64,000 bases of DNA from Bdellovibrionales bacterium (lineage in GTDB: Bacteria > Bdellovibrionota > Bdellovibrionia > Bdellovibrionales > UBA1609). Under the pieces are notes generated by a model. The model did no database searches and was not told the DNA's origin. It saw only the letters and a program-made list of their open reading frames with translations. Every line of letters starts with the position of its first letter. Position 1 is the stretch's first letter. Below, piece after piece: positions 18,624-30,343 of this stretch. Made by a program: the position numbers and the translations under genes. Where the stretch lies: contig JAWLHR010000003.1 of the NCBI GenBank assembly GCA_041690295.1, forward strand, positions 64,001 to 128,000, written 5' to 3'.

Positions 18624-20420
18624 TTAAGCCGCGCGCTTGAACTCAATGATCAAGCCGGACAAGTAGCTCGTGGCAAGGTACTGGCGAAGGTTCTCCAGCT
18701 CCACACTTTTCGTGTAAAGCTTTTCAATGTGCTTTTTAATCAAGCGCTCTTTTTGTTCAGGCTGGAGCTGACGTCCGTTTCGTAAGTAAAGAAAGTAACG
18801 ACCGGTGTGCGGCAGTTTTATGTGGGCTTTAAATGAAACCGGTACTTCCGTTGAAACTTGATTTATGCTGATGGAGTACATTCCACTTCCGTCTTCGGTG
18901 GCCGCCGGATCGGGCAGAGGGCCCGGACTCTGGAAGAACGCCACACCGACGGTTCGTTTTTGATGTGCCGTCACGAAGTTGAACTTGGCCTTGTCATCCG
19001 CCCACGCCACGAAATCAACCGCGGGTAACATTGTCCAAAAACCTGATCCCAATTCTCCATCCACATTCATCGATTCAAACGCGCTTTGGATCTCCGCTTC
19101 GCAGCCGCGCAGAAAAGCTTCGCGCGCGCCAAGATCCGGCGCCTGCCAAACGACAACCAGATAACCCGGCATTCGCTTGGAATTGACCGGAAACACACCC
19201 ACATACGTGATTTCTTCGAGGGGAATCGGCAAAACACCCGGTACGGTTTTACAGTAGCGGCTCATTGCCGCGAAAACGGCGCGTTCAAAAACATCTTTTT
19301 CACCACCGCCGGCCTCACCCGAATCATCGCCTCCATCGGCACCTGAAGATTGTGATTTCATTTCCGGACTGTATTCCACGTTTGGATTCGGTGCCTTGCC
19401 GGGACCCTCACTTGAATCGGAGTATTCCACATTGGCCGACTTTTTCGCGAATTCCACGATGTTGTCCACATCGTCGGAAGAAGACTGTCCGCCGGCGGCG
19501 CCACTTATTTCTCCACTCGCGGCTTTTTCCACATCCGCGAAGTTTTCGGTTTCATCTTCAAAGAGCGACTTTTTAAGTTTGTCGACCAAATCCGGTGAAG
19601 GCGGCAGCGTCACGTTTTTACCCGTGCTTTTTTCGAGAGTTTTACCGAACAACATGTCACCTGAAGTGGAGGCGGGATCGTGACCTTCTCCGGTGAGCTC
19701 TTTCAAACTCACTTTCTTTTTGGTCGAACTGAATGATGCGTCTTCATCCGAGTCCGTTTCCAGATGAAGTTCATCTTCAGCGCCTTCTCCTTTCTTCGAG
19801 CCTTTCGATGAAAACAACGATTTTGGACCTTCAGGTCCGGACTGAAAATGGACGTTGCCACCACCGTCTTTCGCATTTCCGGCCACAATGTGAGCCTTGT
19901 CATCGGTAAAACGAGTGCTTCCTTCGATTTTCACGATATTCGAACCCGTGCTGGTGGATGAACTTACTCCTTTCGACCGCTCCGTGGTTTCAACCGCCAC
20001 ATTGAATCTTTCCGCCAGGATTTTACGAATTGTCCTGTGGATATTGGGTCCGCTCGGTAATCCCTGAAGTTTGTATCGAAGCCGCATTTGGTGAAGTCGA
20101 GCCGACGCAGTGGGATCCGTCGTTTCGACAAATCCGATACACGCGAGATTAAAAGTTTGCGTGATCAGATCCGGCAGCCTCGTAATCGCTGAGCTTTGAT
20201 GGCTCAAACTCACCAGAACGTAATCGGGCCTGTGTTCCGCTATGAATTCTATCGCTTTACTTAGATCGGTTAAGACCGTGGTCGGCCATCCGCGTTTGGT
20301 CAGGAATAAAGCAGCGTTGTTTAGTTCCGGGGCGTAGCGGCCGATGATGACAAGTTCGACCTCGATTTCATCGATATCAACCTGCTTGGGGTCGATGTCT
20401 TTGACTGCGCCTTCGGACAT
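18624..20420 (-). CDS. Hypothetical protein: N-terminal receiver-like domain, long acidic low-complexity linker, C-terminal globular domain
   Basis: 598-aa ORF with GAGG SD; '...AIEFIAEHRPDYVLVSL' resembles the CheY-like fold. Confidence 0.8.
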   Translation of the reverse strand: MSEGAVKDIDPKQVDIDEIEVELVIIGRYAPELNNAALFLTKRGWPTTVLTDLSKAIEFIAEHRPDYVLVSLSHQSSAITRLPDLITQTFNLACIGFVETTDPTASARLHQMRLRYKLQGLPSGPNIHRTIRKILAERFNVAVETTERSKGVSSSTSTGSNIVKIEGSTRFTDDKAHIVAGNAKDGGGNVHFQSGPEGPKSLFSSKGSKKGEGAEDELHLETDSDEDASFSSTKKKVSLKELTGEGHDPASTSGDMLFGKTLEKSTGKNVTLPPSPDLVDKLKKSLFEDETENFADVEKAASGEISGAAGGQSSSDDVDNIVEFAKKSANVEYSDSSEGPGKAPNPNVEYSPEMKSQSSGADGGDDSGEAGGGEKDVFERAVFAAMSRYCKTVPGVLPIPLEEITYVGVFPVNSKRMPGYLVVVWQAPDLGAREAFLRGCEAEIQSAFESMNVDGELGSGFWTMLPAVDFVAWADDKAKFNFVTAHQKRTVGVAFFQSPGPLPDPAATEDGSGMYSISINQVSTEVPVSFKAHIKLPHTGRYFLYLRNGRQLQPEQKERLIKKHIEKLYTKSVELENLRQYLATSYLSGLIIEFKRAA

Positions 20421-20476
20421 TAAAAAACCTCAGGCCGGGCTGGACGTTGGATTCAGCCCGGATTTTCCCAAGGTTC

Positions 20477-20504
20477 TTATCGGTTTACGTTTGAAGGCAC
20501 TATA
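20477..20504 (-). promoter_or_regulatory. Sigma28 (FliA)-like promoter for the 598-aa gene
   Basis: Minus strand TATA-N16-ACCGATAA versus consensus TAAA-N15/16-GCCGATAA. Confidence 0.55.
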
Positions 20505-20519
20505 TAAAAAGAACTCGAA

Positions 20520-20831
20520 CTAGATCAAACCAGCCGCGACGATCAACCAGGTCAAGATGAAGAGCGATTCGATCAGCGCCAAGACGACCATCATAGGGGC
20601 AAACATGCTGCCGCGGGCTTGCGGGTTACGGGCAAGACCATCCATTGCGGAGCTTCCAACTCGACCTTGTGCCATGGTCGCGCCAAAAACGCCTAAACCA
20701 ACCATCAGACCAAGGCCAATTGTGTACAGACCTTTGTCTCCGGTCGCGGTAGCCGCCGCAGCCGCTTCTTGTGCGAAGGCCGGCAATGATGCGAACAATG
20801 CTGCCAATGAAACAAATAATGCTTTTCTCAT
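20520..20831 (-). CDS. atpE: ATP synthase F0 subunit c
   Basis: 'ARNP' loop and 'LALIESL' carboxylate; N-terminal signal-like extension. Confidence 0.95.
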   Translation of the reverse strand: MRKALFVSLAALFASLPAFAQEAAAAATATGDKGLYTIGLGLMVGLGVFGATMAQGRVGSSAMDGLARNPQARGSMFAPMMVVLALIESLFILTWLIVAAGLI

Positions 20832-20855
20832 GTCACTTTCTCCCTTTTTTCTTTT

Positions 20856-21563
20856 TCAATGGTCGTGAGCTATAGCCATGGATACGTAAATCATCGACAG
20901 CAACGTGAAAACAAATGCTTGCATCGATGCGACGAAAATTCCCATCCCATAAAAGACCGCTGGGATTGGAATAAACCACATATTCTCGAACATTCCAATA
21001 AAGACGCTTAAGACCGTGTGGTCGGCAAGAATATTACCTTGCAAGCGCAAGCCCAAAGTCAGCGGGCGAACAATGTGAGAAATAAGTTCAATGATCAACA
21101 TGAGAGGCGCGAGCAAAAGAACCGGTCCCAAGAAATGTTTCAGGTAAGGCAGTCCGTGCTCTTTCAAACCGTAGTAGTTGTAAGCAAAAAAAGAAAACAA
21201 TCCGACGGCCAAAGTGGTGTTCAGATTGTCCGTGGCGGGTGTCATGCCGGGCAAGAGACCTATCAAGTTGTTCACCCAAATGAAAAAGAAGATCGTGGCG
21301 AAGACGGGCACGAATTTGCGCCCTTCCTCTCCGATCACCATGTCCACCAGGCCGACGATGAACTCCAAAATCAGTTCGTATATGCCTTTGATGGAAAATT
21401 TGGAGGCGGGAGCGATCGCCTGCGGGCCTTTCCCCAAAGCGAGACGACCGGCAATCGCGCCACCAACTAAAAGCACACCCACCGCTCCAGCCGTCGCGAC
21501 GTGTACATTGTCGTGAGTGACACCGGGAATGAGCTGCAACCAATTAAAGTGCGCTTGAGCCAA
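20856..21563 (-). CDS. atpB: ATP synthase F0 subunit a
   Basis: 'NLIGLLPG', 'IELISHIVRPLTLGLRLQGNI', 'QAFVFTLLSMIY'; probable TTG start 21563 after GAGGAG. Confidence 0.95.
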   Translation of the reverse strand: MAQAHFNWLQLIPGVTHDNVHVATAGAVGVLLVGGAIAGRLALGKGPQAIAPASKFSIKGIYELILEFIVGLVDMVIGEEGRKFVPVFATIFFFIWVNNLIGLLPGMTPATDNLNTTLAVGLFSFFAYNYYGLKEHGLPYLKHFLGPVLLLAPLMLIIELISHIVRPLTLGLRLQGNILADHTVLSVFIGMFENMWFIPIPAVFYGMGIFVASMQAFVFTLLSMIYVSMAIAHDH

Positions 21564-21939
21564 TTGAATCCACTCCTCGTTGGTAAAAGGCGACTTGCAC
21601 AAGCGAGCCACCCGCGAATGCGGCCATGCCCAGGCCAGCACTCACGACGTGAAACCACGCAGCTTGTGACATTAAGTAAATAGCGCCTAGTAAAACCGTG
21701 TACTTGATTACAATGATCATGACGGTCCAAGCAATGGGTTTTTTCGAAAGAATACGCCCCCAAATCCAAGCCAGAAGCACCAAATTCGCCAACATCATAC
21801 CGTAGCCAAGAACGAATGATGCACTAGGTCTAAGGCCCCAAATCGCGTGAACGAACAGGGTCAAAGCCAATGCACAAAGACATTGCCCTATAAAGAGGGA
21901 CTTAAGAGTGAGGACCTGGGCCGGTTTTAGGATCTTCAT
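21544..21939 (-). CDS. atpI: ATP synthase protein I
   Basis: Four TM segments directly upstream of atpB. Confidence 0.75.
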   Translation of the reverse strand: MKILKPAQVLTLKSLFIGQCLCALALTLFVHAIWGLRPSASFVLGYGMMLANLVLLAWIWGRILSKKPIAWTVMIIVIKYTVLLGAIYLMSQAAWFHVVSAGLGMAAFAGGSLVQVAFYQRGVDSIGSSAL

Positions 21940-22132
21940 CTTGTTCGAACTTCCGTATGAGATAGAACAAGTGAACGAACCAGCCAATGAGTAAAATTAA
22001 CACGAGAAAAACGGAAGCCCGCGAATTCCAACCCATGTATTCATCGATTTGGCGACCAAGAAAATAGCCGCCCACACACATCGCCACGAGTTCAAAGCCG
22101 ATTCCCAGGAATAACAGTCCTCTATCCATCAT
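21902..22132 (-). CDS. AtpZ/AtpI-family small membrane protein
   Basis: Two TM, 'GGYFLGRQIDEYMG' motif; upstream of atpI. Confidence 0.8.
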   Translation of the reverse strand: MMDRGLLFLGIGFELVAMCVGGYFLGRQIDEYMGWNSRASVFLVLILLIGWFVHLFYLIRKFEQDEDPKTGPGPHS

Positions 22133-22932
22133 CGTTTCCACCCCTGAGCGCCGGGCTGATTGATCTTACGGTCGCGGAGCCGTGATATCCGCATATTGAG
22201 AAAATCCGGATCCGGATAGTCATCTTTCATGCCTTCCAGGATCTCGATGGCCTTGGCGAAATCCTTAAGCTCTTCGTAACAGACAACCAGGTTCAACGCG
22301 ATTTTCTCCCGTTTGGATTGCTCCGGGAACTCCCGCAAAAGTTCTTCCCAGCTTTGCGCGGCCTGGGTCAGCTTTTTATCCGCCATGAAAATGCTGGCCT
22401 TAACCACTTTGGCGTCAAAGACCTGTTCCGGTTCAAGTTGCTCTTGGAGCAAAACATCGATTTCGTTGGCGGCCTGTTCAAGATTGTTCAATTGAAAGTG
22501 GCTTTTCGCCAGGTTCAGCCGGTAACGGAATTTTTCGGCGGGGAGCGAATCGAGTTTCAATAGCTTTTCGTATTCGATGACCGCGCGGTTGAAGTCTTGC
22601 AGATGCTCAAAATAGATTTGCGCCACTAAAGTTTGCGCGTTCTTTCGTTCTGAAGAGCTGGAAGACCTGATCACCAAATGCTTGTAAAAATCCACGGCGG
22701 CGGCGTAATCCTTGGCTTCCATGTGCGCCACCCGCGCGCCCCACCGGGCCCACTGAATGGAGCGCTGGTCGTCTGGATCTCGATCTTTGATTTCCCGGAT
22801 GATTTGAATCGCGCGACCGTAATCACCTTGTCCGATCGCGCGGCGGGCGCGAAATTTGTGATACCAATCAAGGCCCAGGGTGCATCCGCTTAAAACGATG
22901 GCCATCAAGGCCCAACAGATCGCGTTCCTCAC
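22129..22932 (-). CDS. Tetratricopeptide-repeat lipoprotein
   Basis: Lipobox 'LSGC' and repeated TPR-like helices; overlaps the gyrA stop. Confidence 0.85.
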   Translation of the reverse strand: MRNAICWALMAIVLSGCTLGLDWYHKFRARRAIGQGDYGRAIQIIREIKDRDPDDQRSIQWARWGARVAHMEAKDYAAAVDFYKHLVIRSSSSSERKNAQTLVAQIYFEHLQDFNRAVIEYEKLLKLDSLPAEKFRYRLNLAKSHFQLNNLEQAANEIDVLLQEQLEPEQVFDAKVVKASIFMADKKLTQAAQSWEELLREFPEQSKREKIALNLVVCYEELKDFAKAIEILEGMKDDYPDPDFLNMRISRLRDRKINQPGAQGWKR

Positions 22933-25417
22933 GCCGAGCCGTTAGCACCGCTTCCATTGGCGTGGCTGGGATCCTGACCGTCGCCGTTGTCATTTTCTTC
23001 TTCGATCAGAGCCACGCTGGTTACAAATTCGCCTTCTTTGAGTTCCATCAGCTTAACGCCTTGGGTGTTTCGGCTGATGACGGAAATATCCGAACAACGG
23101 ATCCGGATCGCCTGGCCTTTGTTCGTGGTGATCAGAATCTGATCCTTATCCGTGACCAATCGGGCGGAGACGACCGAACCCACTTTGTCCGTGGTCTTTT
23201 GAGTGATGATGCCGACGCCGCCCCGGTTCTGCGACCGGTACTCATCCATGCTCGTCCGTTTTCCAAAACCTTTTTCAGTGACGATAAGAATCGTTTCCTT
23301 GCTGTCCTTGGCGATGATTTCCATTCCCACGACTTTGTCGTTTTCGGCGAGGCTGACGCCCTTCACACCGCGCGCGGCGCGACCCATGGGTCTTACGTCC
23401 TCTTCGTCAAAGCGGATCGACATTCCCTCTTTGGTGACGATGAAAATGTCATCCTTGCCGGTGGAAATTTTGGCGTCGATCAGATTGTCTTCAAGCTCAA
23501 TGGTCAAAGCGATCAAACCGCTCGGGCGCGGTCTTGAAAACGCCTCCAGAGAGGTCTTCTTGATAATACCTTTTTCGGTGAGCATGACGACGTAGTGTTC
23601 GGGTTTGAACTCCTCAACCGGCAAGAGCGCGCGAACACTTTCACCCGGTGAAAGCTGAACCACATTGTTGATGGCTTTACCACGGCTCGTGCGCGAACCG
23701 AGGGGAAGCTCATGAACCTTGGTCCAATAAAGTTTTCCACGATCGGAAAACGACAAGAGCATGGTGTGTGTGTTGGCGGAAAACAGGCGGGACACATAGT
23801 CCTCTTCGCGCTGCTCGGCGCCTTTCAAGCCTTTACCGCCACGTTTTTGCAAACGATACTCGTCGACCGGAATCCGTTTGATGTATCCCGCCTGAGTCAT
23901 TGAGATCACCATATCTTCTTTGGCGATCAGGTCCTCGATCTGAAGTTCCTCACTGGTGCGTTCGATCTTGGTTCGGCGGGGATCGCTGTATTTCTTTTTG
24001 ATCTCTTCCAGTTCGGAAATGATGATCTTGTAGATTTCGTCGACACTGCCCAAGACTTGCTTCAACCAGGCAATGAACTTTTGCACCTCGGCCAGTTCGT
24101 CGAGGATTTTCTGCCGCTCAAGGCCTGTTAAACGCTGCAAGCGCATCTCGAGGATGGCCTGCGCCTGCTTTTCCGAAAAACCGAATTGGCTCATCAAAGC
24201 TTCGCGGGCCACTTCGGCTTCTTTGCTGGCGCGAATGGTGGCGATCACCGCGTCGATTTGATCCAAAGCCTTTTTGAGACCTTCGAGGATATGCGCGCGC
24301 GCTTCCGCTTTCTTGAGATCGAAGATGCAACGTCGGGTCACCACATCTTTACGATGGGCGATGAACGCCTCAAGCATCTGCTTGAGATTGAAAACCACCG
24401 GTTGGTTGCGCGAATCGAGCGCCAGCATGATGATCCCGAAACTCATCTGCAGCTGGGTGAATTTATACAAGCGATTCAGGATCACTTGGGCGTTTTCACC
24501 GCGCTTGACCAAAATCACGATGCGCATGCCTTCACGCGACGATTCGTCACGGATATCGGCGATGCCTTCGACTTTCTTATCACGAACCAAGTCAGCGATG
24601 CTTTCGATCAACTTGGCTTTATTCACCTGATAGGGAATTTCGGTGATGACGATTTCTTCGCGGTCTTTTTTGGGAACGATTTCCGCCACCGCTTTGAGCG
24701 TGATGATCCCTCTTCCGGTCTTATAAGCCTGTATGATTCCAGCCGCGCCCGCGATCACGCCCGCGGTCGGGAAGTCCGGTCCCGGAATCATGCGGATCAA
24801 ATCTTCAATGGCGAGGTTCGGATTCTTGATCAGGGCGATACAACCATCAATCACTTCGCCCATGTTATGGGGCGGAATATTGGTGGCCATACCCACGGCG
24901 ATACCCGCGCTACCGTTGACCAGAAGGTTGGGAAATTTCGCCGGCAAAACCGTCGGAATCAAGAGCGAGTCGTCATAGTTCCAGCCAAAGGGAACGGTGT
25001 CCTTTTCGATGTCGGCGAGAAGCTCCTCGGCTAGCTCGGTCATCCGCACTTCCGTGTAACGGGGAGCCGCGGGAGCGTCGCCGTCGATCGAACCGAAGTT
25101 TCCTTGGCCATCCACCAGCGGATAGCGCAAAGAAAAATCCTGCGCCATGCGCACGATCGTGTCGTAAACCGCCATGTCCCCGTGAGGATGGTATTTACCG
25201 ATCACGTCACCGACGATACGGGCGGATTTTTTGTACGGCTTATCGTGCGTGTTCCCCAGGTCGTTCATCGCGTAAAGCACGCGTCGGTGCACCGGCTTCA
25301 AACCGTCGCGAACATCGGGCAAAGCGCGCCCGACAATCACACTCATCGAGTACTGGAGGTAAGCCTCCCGCATCTCTTTGTTGATATCGACGTTTGATAT
25401 TCGTGAAACTTCTTCCA

Positions 25418-25418
<1 letters not shown>
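22929..25418 (-). CDS. gyrA: DNA gyrase subunit A
   Basis: '[16 protein letters not shown]', 'YHPHGD', 'APRYTE', GyrA-box 'QKRGGKG'. Confidence 0.98.
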
Positions 25419-27841
<2,423 letters not shown>

Positions 27842-27857
27842 TTACCTCTTAAAGGCG

Positions 27858-28991
27858 TTAATCGGGACTGACGTTCCCCTCGTTCACTCGGAAAACGCTC
27901 ATCCTGAGATCGCCAAAATCCCTGGAAAATGACAGATCCGTCGTGGTTAAAAAGATCTGTGCCGGGATGTCTTTTAAAAAACTCACCAGACTTCCCCGGC
28001 GGATGGGGTCTAATTCCGATAAGACGTCATCCAGAAGCATGAGCGGGTAAATCTTGTGAGCTTTGTAATGATATAATATTTGGGCCATTTTGAAAGATAA
28101 AATTAGTGCTCTTTGCTGCCCCTGCGAACAAAAAAACCGTGAATCTTTTCCGCTAAATAGAACGCGAATGTCGTGCTTCTGAGGACCCACCAAAGAGGTG
28201 CCCGCTTGAATCTCGGCCCGGCGCAATTCCTGACTCCGTTTGTGCAATGCAGAAAGGACGTCCCCGCGACTCCAATCCTGAGCCGGTTGAGAGGAAATCA
28301 GGTACTCCACTGAAATATCCACAGACTCGTCGTTCAACACGAACTTCGACGTGCGATTAAAATCCTCCTGGAGGTCCCTCAGCGCCTGAATCCGCGCGAA
28401 GGTGAGTTCGGCGGCCAAAGGGAGATAATTGGGGTCTAAACTCTCGAGAACGAGCAAATTTTCACGCTCCGGCCGAACTTGATCCCGAAGGTCCTTTAAA
28501 ACCTTGTTCCTCGCCCTCAGGATTTTGCGAAAATCCTTATAGACCTTGAAGCTTCCGGCTGTGTGGGTGGTGATTAAGTCGTCCAGAAGACGCCGGCGTT
28601 GCTCAGGGCCGCTTTTGATGGCGGCGAGACTTTCCGGTGAAAAATGCACCACCGGAAACTCCTTCGCCAAAGAACTGACCGCGATTTTTCGATGGTTCCA
28701 ACGCGATGTCTTTTTTCCATCGGCCCAGGTGAGGGCCAGGTCGTTTTGCAAGCCGCTCCGGGTGACCGACGCCGAGATCGACATGGGCTCGGAGCGCCCG
28801 TCCTGGGTTTCCATGGTGGCGAAACTGGCCGGACGAAAACTTTCACCGCGGATTAGCACGTAGAGAGATTCAATGAGATTGGTTTTTCCCTGGCCGTTCG
28901 AGCCGTAAAAAACCACCACTCCCCCCGGCAGACTCAACTCGAGCTGCCGATAGTTACGAAAACGATGGAGTTTCAGGCGGTCAAATTTCAG
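27858..28991 (-). CDS. recF: DNA replication/repair protein RecF (probable CTG start)
   Basis: Walker A 'GSNGQGKTN', 'SQGQQR', 'LLDDVLSELD'; the conserved N-terminus (L)KFDRLKLHRFRNY lies 18 codons upstream of the ORF-track start. Confidence 0.93.
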   Translation of the reverse strand: MKFDRLKLHRFRNYRQLELSLPGGVVVFYGSNGQGKTNLIESLYVLIRGESFRPASFATMETQDGRSEPMSISASVTRSGLQNDLALTWADGKKTSRWNHRKIAVSSLAKEFPVVHFSPESLAAIKSGPEQRRRLLDDLITTHTAGSFKVYKDFRKILRARNKVLKDLRDQVRPERENLLVLESLDPNYLPLAAELTFARIQALRDLQEDFNRTSKFVLNDESVDISVEYLISSQPAQDWSRGDVLSALHKRSQELRRAEIQAGTSLVGPQKHDIRVLFSGKDSRFFCSQGQQRALILSFKMAQILYHYKAHKIYPLMLLDDVLSELDPIRRGSLVSFLKDIPAQIFLTTTDLSFSRDFGDLRMSVFRVNEGNVSPD

Positions 28992-28996
28992 AGCTC

Positions 28997-30112
28997 TTAA
29001 ATCCTCATGGGCATGACGACACAGGTAAGACTGTTGTCGTCGTGCGGACGAATAATGCCCGGTGAAAGCTGATCATTGAGTTCAATGCGGACGATGTCGT
29101 CCTGCATGCTGTTCAAGACATCAATCACGTAACGGGCGTTGAAACCGATGCGAAGATCCCGGCCCTTGTAATCAATTTCGATTTCCTCTTTAGCGTCACC
29201 TAACTCGGGGTTGTTGGAAGTGATTTCCATTTTGCCCGAGCCAAGAGTGAAAGTGACGCCTTTGGATTTCGCATTGGACAAAAGCGAGACGCGCTTCAAC
29301 GAACTGAGCAAAGCCTCTCTTTGAACAAGCAGGTGCTCTTTCAGATTCTGTGGAATAAGTTGTTGATAATTGGGATATTTGCCTTCGATGAGGCGGACCA
29401 TCAGCATGGTTGAGTTATGCCGGACTACCAGTTGCGCTCCTTCAATCGCGATTTCCACAGAGTCTTCCACGGAATCAAGTAGTTTGCGAATTTCGTGCAA
29501 ACCTTTTCGCGGCACAATCACGCCCTGGGATGTTTTAAGTTTTACGGAATTGACCTTGCGATCCACCATGGCCAAGCGGTGTCCGTCGGTGGCGACCATA
29601 CGATACATGGCCGCATCATTGTCCGGACGCATTTCCAGATAAACACCGTTCAGATGATAGCGTGTTTCATCGTTGGAAACCGAGTAGATGGTCTTTTCGA
29701 TCATCTCGGCGAAAACCTGTCCATCGATGGCGACGAATTCCTGACTGGTGAACGCCGGAAACACGGGATACTCGTCCGGGCTGATCCCCACCATATTGAA
29801 AACCGCCCGGTTCTGCGTGATCTTGAGCCAGTTGTTTTCTCGTCGCTCCAGTTCAACTTTGCCTTCAGGTAATTCTTTGATGATTTCAAAAAGGCTTTTG
29901 GCATTCACAGCCACTTTGCCTTCCTGTTTCACGGAAGCTTTGATCTCATCCGTTAAGCTGACTTCCAAATCCGTGGCGAATGCCCTGAGCCCATCCTTGT
30001 TGGCTTCCAACAAAACGTTGATCAGGATCGGCATGGTGTTGCGCTTTTCGACAATGTTCTGTGCTCGGGCGATCACATTGAGCAAATCTTTCTTTTCGAC
30101 CGAGAGCTTCAT
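28997..30112 (-). CDS. dnaN: DNA polymerase III beta clamp
   Basis: 'ATDLE', 'ATDGHRL', 'GKYPNY', 'VVMPMRI'. Confidence 0.98.
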   Translation of the reverse strand: MKLSVEKKDLLNVIARAQNIVEKRNTMPILINVLLEANKDGLRAFATDLEVSLTDEIKASVKQEGKVAVNAKSLFEIIKELPEGKVELERRENNWLKITQNRAVFNMVGISPDEYPVFPAFTSQEFVAIDGQVFAEMIEKTIYSVSNDETRYHLNGVYLEMRPDNDAAMYRMVATDGHRLAMVDRKVNSVKLKTSQGVIVPRKGLHEIRKLLDSVEDSVEIAIEGAQLVVRHNSTMLMVRLIEGKYPNYQQLIPQNLKEHLLVQREALLSSLKRVSLLSNAKSKGVTFTLGSGKMEITSNNPELGDAKEEIEIDYKGRDLRIGFNARYVIDVLNSMQDDIVRIELNDQLSPGIIRPHDDNSLTCVVMPMRI

Positions 30113-30343
30113 TTTTCCTCCAACGTTGGGGCCTATAATTAACTTCTTTCTATATAGAAATACCTAGTAATAGTGGTAGGCGTGTTGATTTCTATGATTT
30201 CGACCTAAGCTTCTGAAATCCCAAATCAAAACCTGTGGATTGTGGCCTGTAGAAGTGGGGGTGTAAAGCACGCGTTTTCGGGGGTAAATCGAATCCCCAA
30301 AACTATCCCAGGATAAATCCACACGGTTATACACAGTCCCCAT
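30113..30343. other. oriC: Chromosomal replication origin oriC (dnaA-dnaN intergenic)
   Basis: AT-rich 30134-30162; DnaA-trios TAG-TAA-TAG-TGG-TAG 30165-30179; GC spacer; box-like TGTTGATTT 30183-30191; boxes TGTGGATTG 30234-30242, AAATCCACA 30315-30323, TTATACACA 30327-30335. Confidence 0.85.

Noticed and set aside
20435..20461. GC hairpin as an intrinsic terminator of atpE
   Set aside because: The U-tract is separated from the stem by 7 nt, and the stem lies in the probable leader of the next gene
24186..25034. 282-aa ORF antisense to gyrA, and similar ORFs inside gyrB, mfd and the S8 protease
   Set aside because: Fully nested opposite well-supported genes with no independent evidence
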